From an uncultured Planctomycetia bacterium (GTDB lineage: Bacteria; Omnitrophota; Gorgyraeia; Duberdicusellales; Duberdicusellaceae), in the NCBI GenBank assembly GCA_964634935.1, contig CAZWJT010000001.1:224949-288948 (forward strand): DNA of 64,000 nucleotides. The letters are read 5' to 3'. Numbering within the stretch: position 1 is the first letter of the stretch; each line of letters begins with the position of its first letter. Position numbers and translations under genes: made by a program. Below the pieces are notes generated by a model, which made no database searches, was not told the origin of the DNA, and worked only from the letters and a program-made list of their open reading frames with translations. This document shows, in pieces, positions 38,440 to 48,375 of this stretch.

Positions 38440-39339
38440 TCAGAATTTCTCAAGAACCCACAGAAAAGAACGATGGCTCCAATTTTCAATCCCAATACGC
38501 GGGATAAAAAACCGGTTTGTTGTCTTTTTAAGACATCCTCCTTCAGCGCTCAACGCATAGGAGAATCCATAGCGCTTCAGAAGATGAGAAACGTTCCCGG
38601 GAACATCTTGTTTCCGCCCAAAAGGAAAAGCAAAAACAGGAAGAACACATTCCAGCTTCATACGCAGATACTCAAAAGACTGACCAATTTCCTCTTCGAC
38701 GTCCTGCGGAGTAAGAGCCGTAAAACAACGATGAGAAACGCCGTGGCAGCCATAAGTAAAAATATCCCGCATTTGAAAAAGCTCTTCCAAAGAAAGATAG
38801 AAAGAACCTGAATCTTCAGGATACACCAAAGCATTTACTTTACAAAAATTCTGGAGCACAAGTACCGGGTCTTTGTAGTATTTTATATAGGAAAATACCT
38901 CATGCAAAGAGGAAAATTTTCTCCCCAGGAGATTGGAGTATCTCCCGAGAAGCTCGCGCGCTGGAAAATGCCTCCGAAGTTCTTGAAAAGCATCATACCA
39001 GAGGAAACGGCCATCCCCCAGAGAAGAAGTGAAAAAAAGCGTTGCCGGAAGACCAAGCTCCTTTAAAACAGGATAAGCAAGCGTGTAGATATCGCGGTAT
39101 CCGTCATCAAAAGTGATGCTGACTTCATAAGGGCCATTCTTTCCCTTCTCCCACTGGCTCAATAATTCAATTAATGGAACAACACGGTAATATTTTTTAA
39201 GCACCTTAAGCTGTGAGAAAAAATTATCGCGCTCCACGCTCATGGATCGATAGAATTCCGGACAACTTCCCTGATAAATACGATGATAGAGAAGTACCTT
39301 TGGTTTTTTCTGATTAAAAAATCTTAGGATATACCACAT
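38440..39339 (-). CDS. Polysaccharide deacetylase (CE4 / NodB homology)
   Basis: ITFDDGY and CHGVSH motifs. No signal peptide. Confidence 0.8.
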   Translation of the reverse strand: MWYILRFFNQKKPKVLLYHRIYQGSCPEFYRSMSVERDNFFSQLKVLKKYYRVVPLIELLSQWEKGKNGPYEVSITFDDGYRDIYTLAYPVLKELGLPATLFFTSSLGDGRFLWYDAFQELRRHFPARELLGRYSNLLGRKFSSLHEVFSYIKYYKDPVLVLQNFCKVNALVYPEDSGSFYLSLEELFQMRDIFTYGCHGVSHRCFTALTPQDVEEEIGQSFEYLRMKLECVLPVFAFPFGRKQDVPGNVSHLLKRYGFSYALSAEGGCLKKTTNRFFIPRIGIENWSHRSFLWVLEKF

Positions 39340-39357
39340 TGAACATGCACAAATCTG

Positions 39358-40416
39358 TTATGGACAATTCTTATCTTGACTCACAACAAAAAGATCGGAA
39401 ACACGAAAATCATCCTGATTTCTTCCCTGGTATAAAAGCCGCAGGTGATGTCCAAACAGCTTCTCGATCGACTCGTCACTGTCGTCTGTCGCTGAACGGA
39501 ATAATCCTCCATCAACCCTGTAATGCCCCGGCGGAAAAACACAAGGAAAGGTGATCTCGGAAGAATTCAATGTATACTCCTTTCCTGCCGGAAGCCCCAT
39601 GGTTGCGGTTGACTGAATATCTGCATTCAAAAACAGTTTCCTTTTCTTGGCTTCTTCCGCGGTAAGTTTATCAGGATAGATATGGATAAACGCCCTATAG
39701 TCATGCTGGAGCGTTTCTGAAGAAGATACGATAAATTGAACACGAAATTTTTCACAAGGATGAACGCACTTCGGAAATTTGCTGCTTACGAGAGAGAGGA
39801 TCGACCGCACTCCCCCATGAGCATTTCCACGCTCGAGAACAAAATTATCACAATACAGAGTTACGTTCCGTAAAGGCCGAGGAAGATAAATATTTACCTG
39901 GGTAATCTCCTGAATATCAAGAACTCCAGCAATGCCAACAAGGGGAATACGTATTTTTGTCGGCTGCTGAGGCGGCAACGCGAATTCACGCTTAAACCGT
40001 TTATCCTGTGAATCTTTAATCTGAACATAGAGCACAATGGTATAACTATGCGGATTATAAACAGTTACCGCAAAGCGGGCATACTCCCGCCAGTCTTTCT
40101 TTGCCCGAGGACCAAAGTCACTATCTTCAAGAACAATCCGGGGAAATGCTTCACGACGGGCAAAAAAGGTTACTTTGCCAGAAAATTTTCCTCCTGAAAG
40201 ATGAGACGTAGATTGTTGAAGTTCTGCCGAATACACCTCCCACTGCGAGATGTTTTTTTGCTCTTCAAAATCTTCAAGTACCTCAAAAGGCGCCTTACGT
40301 TCAAGCCGCGCCAGGAAAACCTCCAGAAAACGGGAAAGGATATCCCGCTTAACATACCCAATCCCGAATAAACCCAAAAGAAAAAAACCTATAAGAATTG
40401 CGATCTTAACGCGCAT
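39358..40416 (-). CDS. Membrane-anchored or secreted hypothetical protein carrying one copy of the paralog-family-A domain
   Basis: N-terminal TM/signal segment. Domain region FIHIYPDKL...LFLNADIQSTATMGLPAGKEYTL...FPPGHYRVDGGLF. Confidence 0.45.
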   Translation of the reverse strand: MRVKIAILIGFFLLGLFGIGYVKRDILSRFLEVFLARLERKAPFEVLEDFEEQKNISQWEVYSAELQQSTSHLSGGKFSGKVTFFARREAFPRIVLEDSDFGPRAKKDWREYARFAVTVYNPHSYTIVLYVQIKDSQDKRFKREFALPPQQPTKIRIPLVGIAGVLDIQEITQVNIYLPRPLRNVTLYCDNFVLERGNAHGGVRSILSLVSSKFPKCVHPCEKFRVQFIVSSSETLQHDYRAFIHIYPDKLTAEEAKKRKLFLNADIQSTATMGLPAGKEYTLNSSEITFPCVFPPGHYRVDGGLFRSATDDSDESIEKLFGHHLRLLYQGRNQDDFRVSDLFVVSQDKNCP

Positions 40417-42691
40417 TGGGATTTTTTTGCAATTGAAGAATCGCTTGTGCTATTTTCCTGCGAAATTCCTGGTATGTTTTTTTGTCTCGGACAAAATCAC
40501 AGGGCGATGCGATAATTTCCTGACAGGACAAAAGCGACTCAATACATTTCTGATCAGCGGGAAAAATCGTTTTTGCCCCGGACAGCTGTTTCAACTGATA
40601 GAGATACTCGTAATCTTCTAACCCGTCACGCAATATTTCAAGACGCAATGAAGGCACAATCCCATACAGCGACGGATAGTAGAGAACCCCATTGCCATTC
40701 TGCTCAGGAAAATTCATCGGGTCTTTCCAGGGATCAGTCGACCAGCGATTCACCGCCCAATATAACAACCCTTCTATCCCATACTTCCAACACACCGAAG
40801 GAACTACTCGATAATCAACGGCAGCGGTATCAATCACAAAACTCGGATACGGGAACATCGGCGAAGAAACATAGGTCCAAAGGGCTCTGTTATGGTTCTT
40901 TACCTGTCGGACAACTTCCGAATTCAGCTTACTGATATTCACGCACCAGATATCAACATCAGTATAGGAAAAATCGGGATACATAGTGACTAAATTCTTT
41001 ATCAACGGATGGCCGTCATGGATAGCGCGGGTTACTTCTCGGACGCGATTGAAAGTTTCATCAAAAATATAGGCATAGGATTTGTCTAAAGCGCCGATCT
41101 TCTGTAGATAGGCACCAAAGAGTTTAAACGTAGTGACTGCGTTCGCACGGCTACTTAAACCGGGCCATTCAATCCAATCCTTCTTTTCCTGGGAAGGCCA
41201 TTCAACGCCGATCGAGAACGCATTCTGTGAAAGCCCTTTACAGTACAAATCGTACTTTTTTGTAAAGGAATCAAAACCGAGATCTTTTACCGAACCGTCT
41301 TCAATGATAAATTCAGGGTCTCCAAGGTTATGAATCGGAGAAATCCGGTGGCTGAGCATATCCCGGTAATAAGAGTCTAAACGTAACGCCACCTGGTCTT
41401 TTTGTCCAGGCATAACGGAGCGGCTCTCAATGTAGTGCGGATAGAGTTCAAAAGCGGTTTTCAGATGCGTTTCTTTAGGTAAAGTAAAATCCCAGACAGT
41501 CAGACGAAGAGTTGCTTCTAGCGTCGCCTGGCCACCAGAAGAAAAATGAATCGCCCCCTCATAGAGACCGGAAGGCGCATCTTCGGGAACATGAATTCTT
41601 ACCCAAAAAGGATATGCTTTCTTCGGTTCAAGATTGATAAAAGAATTGCCTGGCGCAAGCGGATCAGGCCAAAGACCAATCCGGCTGACGTTATAGTAAG
41701 GTTTCTTGGTCTGTACATTTCCCACGGTAAAAATACGGACGGATCGTGCAGGAAGAACAAAACTTCCTCCTTGATGCCGGAGAGGTCCAAGCCGCACACA
41801 AGCGTCTCCCATCTGAGAAGTCCAGGGAATAACTACAAGCTGGAATGATTCATATTCGTTTCGGGCGCTTTGGAGCTCGATATTGTTGGTAAAAAACAAA
41901 TCAGGATTACTCTGAAGATCAGGAAAAACTTTAGTCAAGGAATCGGCAAACGCAAGAACATACCGCGGAATTCCTTCCTGCGGATAACGTAATGCGGCAG
42001 AAAAAATCTTTCGCGCTTGTATTTGTTCTTTCAACCGCATAATTTGATGCCAAAGTTCTTCATTATCCTCCTCGTCTCGATCAGGCATAGCCAATCCCTG
42101 TTCTAACCGGGGAAAAAAATCCCTGAAAGAAGGGGTAGCCTTAACTAATTCTCTCAGGGTATTGATTTCGCGCAAAAAAGCGGGAACAGTAATCGTGCCA
42201 ATCTGCCAATCTTTTATTCCTTTCTGAACATAGGCAAGCCGAGTGTATTCAACGGAACGGAAAAATTGAAAAGTCCCGTTCTTACTCTTATCGGCAAACC
42301 GCGGGTATTCCTTCCGGAAAAAAAGACCAAGGCGCAGCTTGTACTCCCCAAGCGGCAAAGTGGATGGTATTTTAATCGCAATCGGACCAACGGAAATTTC
42401 TTCTCCTTTTGCCCATTCAAAAGAAGGCTTCGGTAAGTAACTGTCTGCGTTCACGAAAATATCGCCATCTTGAACGAGATGCACAAAAAGTCGAAGATCA
42501 AGGTCGGTCTTTTCTTGAAGCGCAAGTTTTACTCTGACATAAACGGTATCACCGGGACTTGCCTCAGAAGGCATTTCAACCGCAATAAGGTTTACCTCAG
42601 GTAGCCTATCCCCATAACGGAATCCGCATAACAGACTTCCGAAAAAAAGAATAGGAGAAATCAGAAAAAATAAAAAAATCTTTCGCGTCAT
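40406..42691 (-). CDS. Large secreted protein (761 aa). N-terminal paralog-family-A domain plus a DUF4091-like, glycoside-hydrolase-like C-terminal region.
   Basis: Signal peptide. N-terminus LRLFVHLVQDGDIFVNADSYLPKPSFEWAKGEEISVGPIAIKIPSTLPLGEY. C-terminus GNGVLYYPS...LRLEILRDGLEDYEYL, recalled from memory as DUF4091-like. Confidence 0.5.
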   Translation of the reverse strand: MTRKIFLFFLISPILFFGSLLCGFRYGDRLPEVNLIAVEMPSEASPGDTVYVRVKLALQEKTDLDLRLFVHLVQDGDIFVNADSYLPKPSFEWAKGEEISVGPIAIKIPSTLPLGEYKLRLGLFFRKEYPRFADKSKNGTFQFFRSVEYTRLAYVQKGIKDWQIGTITVPAFLREINTLRELVKATPSFRDFFPRLEQGLAMPDRDEEDNEELWHQIMRLKEQIQARKIFSAALRYPQEGIPRYVLAFADSLTKVFPDLQSNPDLFFTNNIELQSARNEYESFQLVVIPWTSQMGDACVRLGPLRHQGGSFVLPARSVRIFTVGNVQTKKPYYNVSRIGLWPDPLAPGNSFINLEPKKAYPFWVRIHVPEDAPSGLYEGAIHFSSGGQATLEATLRLTVWDFTLPKETHLKTAFELYPHYIESRSVMPGQKDQVALRLDSYYRDMLSHRISPIHNLGDPEFIIEDGSVKDLGFDSFTKKYDLYCKGLSQNAFSIGVEWPSQEKKDWIEWPGLSSRANAVTTFKLFGAYLQKIGALDKSYAYIFDETFNRVREVTRAIHDGHPLIKNLVTMYPDFSYTDVDIWCVNISKLNSEVVRQVKNHNRALWTYVSSPMFPYPSFVIDTAAVDYRVVPSVCWKYGIEGLLYWAVNRWSTDPWKDPMNFPEQNGNGVLYYPSLYGIVPSLRLEILRDGLEDYEYLYQLKQLSGAKTIFPADQKCIESLLSCQEIIASPCDFVRDKKTYQEFRRKIAQAILQLQKNPNAR

Positions 42692-43330
42692 TTATTTACG
42701 TCGTAGAATAAGGTAAGTGTTTGAGAAGGTATTTCGAGGAATATTGCGAAAATGCGACAGGATGCCATCGAGATATTTTAAGGGAAAAATAAGCACGGTC
42801 CAAAAATAGTAAAAGAATTTAAATAATGCCTTGCTGTTCAAGGAGCAAATACTAGCAACCGCGTTCACCCAGATTCCAAGAAGAACTGAAAAAGGTAATT
42901 TGGCGCATCCTTCCTCCAGCACATCAAAACCATCTGCAAAAATACGCTTGAGCCCGTTTATGCTAAAACGAAAGTTGTCTTCAGGATTCGGATGATAAGG
43001 ATAGATAAACGCGGAACTGACATAAAGAAAACCCCCTGACTTTAATACTCGCCGTAACTCCAAAGCAGCCTGGAAAGGATTCTGGCAATACTCAAGAACA
43101 TGATCGCAGAGAACGGCATCACAGGAAGAACTCCGCAGGGCAAGAAATTCTGCCTGGAATACCGCATCAACTTTCCGCTGTGAAAGCGTTATATCCGCAT
43201 TGAGAAAACCCTGCAGATAGTTCTCTCCGCAACCAAGATTCACGCAACATTTCAAACCTTTCGCGAGAGAAAAAAATTGAGCCTTTTGGTCATCAACGTT
43301 AAAATCAAGAAGCCGGTCGCCTATCCACAT
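42692..43330 (-). CDS. Class I SAM-dependent methyltransferase
   Basis: SAM-binding motif CVNLGCGENYL and Methyltransf_11-like layout; 212 aa. Confidence 0.75.
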   Translation of the reverse strand: MWIGDRLLDFNVDDQKAQFFSLAKGLKCCVNLGCGENYLQGFLNADITLSQRKVDAVFQAEFLALRSSSCDAVLCDHVLEYCQNPFQAALELRRVLKSGGFLYVSSAFIYPYHPNPEDNFRFSINGLKRIFADGFDVLEEGCAKLPFSVLLGIWVNAVASICSLNSKALFKFFYYFWTVLIFPLKYLDGILSHFRNIPRNTFSNTYLILRRK

Positions 43331-43397
43331 AAAATTTTTGGTTCTCTATGTCTATTGTATTATAAATTCTGAAATACTCCACAGCTGAATAGAAAAA

Positions 43398-45698
43398 TTA
43401 GCCGGAAGTTTTTTTATATACATCCTCTACTGATTGGATAAATTCGAAAGCGCTGTACCCGGAAACCCGTTCGTAGGCTGCCCGGGTAATTTTTCGACGC
43501 AATTTTTTATCTTGGAGTAAAAGCGCAAGATGTTCAGCAAGCTTCAGGGAATTTCCAACAGGAAATAACAGTCCATCGATACCATCCTGGATAACACTCT
43601 CCGCCCCGCGCGTCTCCGAAGCAACCACAGGAACACCCGAAGCTTGAGCCTCCAAAATAACTAAAGGCCTTCCTTCATAGAGCGAGGCCAACACCAAAAC
43701 ATCCGCCCCTTCCAAAATGGCACGGATATCCTGGCGGGGAGGCAAAAAAGAAATATGCTCGTGAATTCCCTTCTGTTGAACAAGGGTCTCCAGACGAAGC
43801 TGCTCTGGCCCCTCGCCAACGATCATTCCCTGAATCGGAAAACCACGCGATACAAGAGAAGCCACGGCGTCGATAAAAACATGAAAGCCTTTTTCTGGCA
43901 CAAGCCGACCGACACTGATTACTTTAAACGAGCAAGCATCAGAAATGCGGTTAAGATTTCTTTCCCGAATATATTCAAAGTATTGAAGATCCACTCCGGT
44001 CTGGCAGACTACAATCTTTTCCTGAGGAATCCCCGCTTTCCGGTAAAAATCACCGACCAAGTTTGAAACTGCGATTATTTTTTCCGTTACCACGGAAAGT
44101 ATCCTATTCGCAAAAATCTGGTACTTTTTGCGCCAAGAATCAAAGCTGTGCTCAAAAATAATAACCTTAGCGGATGGAAAACCAAGAAGAGAAAGTCTCG
44201 TCCATAATGAAGCACTCCATAGATGAGACGAAACAATATCAATATGCTTCTTGCGGACCAAATCCCGTAATGAACGAAAAACCGAACAATCACAGCCGGA
44301 TCTTTTCTCAAAATGAAAAACATTTTCCCGACCCACAAGCTCTTCAAACAATGCGCTGTAAAAACCCTTCCCGGTAAGACAACAGACTGAGATGGCAAAG
44401 TCATCCTTGGAGTGACCACGAATGAGCTCATAGATTATCTTCTGCGCCCCTCCGGATTCAAAGGAATAAACAACATAGAGAAGGTTGATTTTCCGCGCGG
44501 CTCTTTTCTGAAAAATATCACAGAGAGAATAAAGAAGGATCTCCCGGTTGAAATACTGCGTAACAAACGCGCGTCCTCGCTGAGAAAGCTCTTGCCGCAA
44601 TGTATCTTTTTCGGTCATCACGCGCATTTGTTCCGCAAGGCGGTCCGGGCTATATGGCGGCACAAGCACTCCGGTAACCCCATCGACAATAACTTCGGGA
44701 ATAGCAGAAACAGAAGTCGAAAGCGCCAGGCATTGTCTTTCCATAGCTTCAAGAATCACATTCGGCAAGCCGTCTCCAGTGCCTTCTTTTTGGTAGCAAG
44801 GAAGAACAAAAATGGAAGCATTTCCTAAAACTGCCCTTAATGCGTCGTGGGAAATTTCACCCTGAAGAAAAACGTTCTGCAACCCATGCTCTGCGATCAT
44901 CTGTTCAAGTTGAGCGCGTAACGGTCCCTCGCCAAAAATCAATACCTTCCACTCCTTCAGCAAATTTCTGTTCTGGGTTAACGAAAGCAACAATATTTCA
45001 AAGCCTTTCGTGGGTACAAGTCGCCCGGCTGAAACAATGATTTTCTCTTTCTGGGCTGCGTCAGGAGCAGGAAAAATATAGACCCCGTGGTATTGCAAAA
45101 TTACCTTTTCTGGGCAAAACTCATAAGTTTTAAGGAGAAAATCACGGGCAAACTTGCTACAGGTGAGAATAAAATCTGCACTTTCCCCTTTCGCTTTATG
45201 CGAAGACCACGAACAAAAAACATCATGAGCGTGAGCGCTCACCGCATAGTGCACCGGGAGAAGTCGAGAAAGAAAAAATCCGATACTGGCGGGATATGTG
45301 AACCAATGGCAATAGAGAAATACCGTTCTATAATTCGGAAAAATCATTCCAGCAAGAAAAAATGACTGAAAAAAGACATAAAGTGTTTTCCCGAAAATGG
45401 ACAAACCGTCGGAGAAGAAAAAACGCAATGCGCCTATCGCCCTGCAGCATCTGAAAGGATGGAAAAATAAAAAATATAAAAAAGATCCTAGTGATCTCCA
45501 GCCAAATCCAGAAGGCAGATAAAGTGTATTGGCAATAAGCCCTTCATTTTCTCTGTGGCATAGTGGTCTCTGAGGTTTTTTCAGAGAAATAATCCGTATT
45601 TCCCATCCTTGCCGTTTTAAAAAATCGATTTCTTGGGTGATAAACGTTTCATAGAATTGAGGAAACTCTGAAGTAATGATATAAACGGTCTTTCGCAT
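43398..45698 (-). CDS. Tandem-domain glycosyltransferase (two complete GT4 modules fused, 766 aa)
   Basis: Two separate GT4 C-terminal signatures: GEGPLRAQLE...VLPCYQKEGTGDGLPNVILEAM and VGEGPEQLRLE...VLASLYEGRPLVILEAQASGVPVV. Confidence 0.8.
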   Translation of the reverse strand: MRKTVYIITSEFPQFYETFITQEIDFLKRQGWEIRIISLKKPQRPLCHRENEGLIANTLYLPSGFGWRSLGSFLYFLFFHPFRCCRAIGALRFFFSDGLSIFGKTLYVFFQSFFLAGMIFPNYRTVFLYCHWFTYPASIGFFLSRLLPVHYAVSAHAHDVFCSWSSHKAKGESADFILTCSKFARDFLLKTYEFCPEKVILQYHGVYIFPAPDAAQKEKIIVSAGRLVPTKGFEILLLSLTQNRNLLKEWKVLIFGEGPLRAQLEQMIAEHGLQNVFLQGEISHDALRAVLGNASIFVLPCYQKEGTGDGLPNVILEAMERQCLALSTSVSAIPEVIVDGVTGVLVPPYSPDRLAEQMRVMTEKDTLRQELSQRGRAFVTQYFNREILLYSLCDIFQKRAARKINLLYVVYSFESGGAQKIIYELIRGHSKDDFAISVCCLTGKGFYSALFEELVGRENVFHFEKRSGCDCSVFRSLRDLVRKKHIDIVSSHLWSASLWTRLSLLGFPSAKVIIFEHSFDSWRKKYQIFANRILSVVTEKIIAVSNLVGDFYRKAGIPQEKIVVCQTGVDLQYFEYIRERNLNRISDACSFKVISVGRLVPEKGFHVFIDAVASLVSRGFPIQGMIVGEGPEQLRLETLVQQKGIHEHISFLPPRQDIRAILEGADVLVLASLYEGRPLVILEAQASGVPVVASETRGAESVIQDGIDGLLFPVGNSLKLAEHLALLLQDKKLRRKITRAAYERVSGYSAFEFIQSVEDVYKKTSG

Positions 45699-45707
45699 CT
45701 TCAGGTT

Positions 45708-46853
45708 TTACGGATAAGCAAATAAGCCGCAACACCGCAAACATCCTGTAAATAACTTCCCCTGCCGCAGGATTCTTCTGAAATGGATGGCGCGCTGGGA
45801 GTTCCAAAGCACCGAAAACTTCTCAGTTCGAATGTTCCCGAAAATAAAATCCATACAGGGAATTATCTTGCCGTCAGGAAGAAGTATAGCCTCCCTCCAG
45901 GGAGCGGTACATCGGTACTTTAAAGGCAGAGACGGATTTCCATAATACTTCCTGATCTGTTCATCGGTCAAAGCAGGAAAGAAATTAACCGGGAAAGAGA
46001 ACCGAGCCTGCCGAATCCTCTTGATTTGCCCTGACAATATTTCCGGAGAAATTCCTTCTGCGCTCTGCCAGTTCTGAGCTTGCAAATCGAAAAGATTACT
46101 TTCGCTATCGGATTCGTGATGTCGTTGAACCATCGTTTTATCCCAAAACCAAAGATGAGAAATACTCACGCTGTCTACAGGTTCATGTTCAAGTATTTTA
46201 AGAAGTTCGAATAAAAAAGTGTAATTTTTCTTCGTAATACATGGTGCAATCTTTATGCGGGGAACCGTTGTATGAAGCCGTCTTTTTTCATCGGAAACTT
46301 TTCGTATACCCTGAAGCGCCAGATTAAATGTGCCGGCTTTACCGCGCAGTGCATCATGGATTTCTTCCGGAGCATCCAGAGAAACATTGAGGCTATGCAC
46401 TTTTTCCTGAACCAGAAACTCCGCAAACTGATCAAGAAGAACACCATTGGTAGTCACACAAACATCAAGATTGCGCAATCTGGCAGCATGCACAAATTCA
46501 CGGAAATCCTTGTAGAGCAACGGTTCTCCCCCAACAATACTGATTAAAGGAGAAAACCGCCTTACTTCGTCAAAAAACTGCTCATAGATTGCCTTCTCGA
46601 GCGGCTTTTCTTCAAGCGTGGAACGCAAAGAAGCAACTGGCTCACGGCCGCTGTAGAGCGTACACATCTCGCAGTGAAGATTGCAATGGTGGGTAACCTC
46701 GCAATGAATAATGACCGGGGAAAATGCCCTGCCTCCAAGAAGAAAATAATCGAATAGAACATAAGCCTTGAGCTTTCGCCAAAAAGCCCGCATCGCGTAC
46801 AAGGGATTCCGTATGACGATTGAGCACCGATCTCTCAATTTTCCGGAAATCAT
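45708..46853 (-). CDS. Radical SAM enzyme with C-terminal SPASM-like Cys-rich domain
   Basis: CNLHCEMC (CxxxCxxC). C-terminus CTAPW...CMDF...GCLRCCG. 381 aa. Confidence 0.75.
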   Translation of the reverse strand: MISGKLRDRCSIVIRNPLYAMRAFWRKLKAYVLFDYFLLGGRAFSPVIIHCEVTHHCNLHCEMCTLYSGREPVASLRSTLEEKPLEKAIYEQFFDEVRRFSPLISIVGGEPLLYKDFREFVHAARLRNLDVCVTTNGVLLDQFAEFLVQEKVHSLNVSLDAPEEIHDALRGKAGTFNLALQGIRKVSDEKRRLHTTVPRIKIAPCITKKNYTFLFELLKILEHEPVDSVSISHLWFWDKTMVQRHHESDSESNLFDLQAQNWQSAEGISPEILSGQIKRIRQARFSFPVNFFPALTDEQIRKYYGNPSLPLKYRCTAPWREAILLPDGKIIPCMDFIFGNIRTEKFSVLWNSQRAIHFRRILRQGKLFTGCLRCCGLFAYP

Positions 46854-46864
46854 CTTTCTCTATC

Positions 46865-47989
46865 TCAGCTTTTTAGAAAACTTTTATAAATTCGAACATA
46901 GGAATGCACCATTTCCGCAAGAGTAAATTTTTCCAGAATGGTCCTCCGGCCAGCCTGCCCAAGAGAATTTCGTACTGCATCGTTCTGAAGAAGCTCGTTG
47001 GTTCTTTGCGCCAACTCCCGATAACCAAACGGTTCGACTAAAAAGCCGTTATAGTCATGCTGCAATACGGCTGTATTACCGCCTGCGCTCGTTGCACATA
47101 CGGTAATACCGCATGCCATCGCTTCAAGTAGGGCATTCGACATCCCTTCTGAGTCGGACAGAAGAAAGAACAAATCCATAATTTGCAGATAAGGCAATAC
47201 TTCTGTTCGTTCTCCAAGAAAGTGTATCCGCGGATTATCTTCCGCCAATAGTCTAAACTCTTGCTCTTTTTTACCTTTCCCAATAACGAGAAAAACCGCA
47301 TCGTCCCTCAGAGTGCAAACTTCCCGGGCCATCCTAATAAAATGCCCGACCCCTTTCACTGCCGACAGATGAGCAACAGTACCACAGACATAAGGAAATT
47401 GCCCAAAACCAAGATGGTTTTTGAGCCGTATTTTCTCCTCAGGAGAAACAGGAACATAGTGTTGGACATCTACCCCATTCGGAATAATGGTAATTTTCGA
47501 TTGTGGGATTCCTTCGTAACGTAAAACGTGATCCCGTACTGCAGGGGAATTAGCGATACTCAAGTTGACAAAGCTGTTGGCGAATCTCCGACAGATCCGA
47601 TATCGGAACTTATTCCAGAAAACCGTTGCGCGCCTTGCCGAAATAAGACAGCGCACCCCGCCAAACCAAGCTGCAGGAGTAGCATAGACATGCGCAGAAA
47701 AAAGATACGTCTGAACTATTCCTATTTTGTTTTTCCGGAACCAACGAATGAGAACAAAAAATTTCCGTAAGGCAAAAAAACCGTAAATCCTGTGAAGACC
47801 AAGCACAAAAACTTCAATGCCATACTCCTGGCAAAGCCGGAGAAGTCGCTCATCCGAAGGCATAAGACAAATGATATAAGGAATAAATTCTGCACGAGGA
47901 ATATTTTTGGCAAGGCTGATAATATGCCGCTGCGCTCCAGCAAAAATTAACTGGTCAATAACAAAAGCTATTTTTATCGGACGAGACAT
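46865..47989 (-). CDS. Glycosyltransferase family 4
   Basis: 374 aa. C-terminal GT4 signature LSDSEGMSNALLEAMACGITV. Confidence 0.85.
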   Translation of the reverse strand: MSRPIKIAFVIDQLIFAGAQRHIISLAKNIPRAEFIPYIICLMPSDERLLRLCQEYGIEVFVLGLHRIYGFFALRKFFVLIRWFRKNKIGIVQTYLFSAHVYATPAAWFGGVRCLISARRATVFWNKFRYRICRRFANSFVNLSIANSPAVRDHVLRYEGIPQSKITIIPNGVDVQHYVPVSPEEKIRLKNHLGFGQFPYVCGTVAHLSAVKGVGHFIRMAREVCTLRDDAVFLVIGKGKKEQEFRLLAEDNPRIHFLGERTEVLPYLQIMDLFFLLSDSEGMSNALLEAMACGITVCATSAGGNTAVLQHDYNGFLVEPFGYRELAQRTNELLQNDAVRNSLGQAGRRTILEKFTLAEMVHSYVRIYKSFLKS

Positions 47990-48021
47990 CGCTTTTGTTT
48001 TGTTCGCGTAACTGAAAGCCG

Positions 48022-48375
48022 TTACTTAAAGAAATGGGAGCGCCAACTTTTTTCTGTTTCAACAAACTTCCCCTTCTGAGTATTATAATGACTAAATGCG
48101 CCAAACAACAACAGATATGCTCCAACGCCGAGTAAAAAAAACATAGTAACCAAAAATTTACGCTCAAGAATGGTAATGTCCCTCGCGACCTCAGCAACAC
48201 TTTTAATAGACGCTACTCTTTGATGCTTAAGCGGGGCGTTCCCGAGGGAATCTTTATTCGAAGACTTGTATGTTTTGTTCTTTTTAATAACCCGCTCGCG
48301 GAGAAAAAATTCCGTCCAGAAAAAATACAACCCAACCGCAATCAGGATAAGCGCGAGAATAATAATTTTCTGCAT
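48022..48375 (-). CDS. Small membrane protein (two TM helices), first gene of the glycan cluster
   Basis: 117 aa. Hydrophobic N- and C-terminal segments. No family recognised. Confidence 0.35.
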   Translation of the reverse strand: MQKIIILALILIAVGLYFFWTEFFLRERVIKKNKTYKSSNKDSLGNAPLKHQRVASIKSVAEVARDITILERKFLVTMFFLLGVGAYLLLFGAFSHYNTQKGKFVETEKSWRSHFFK

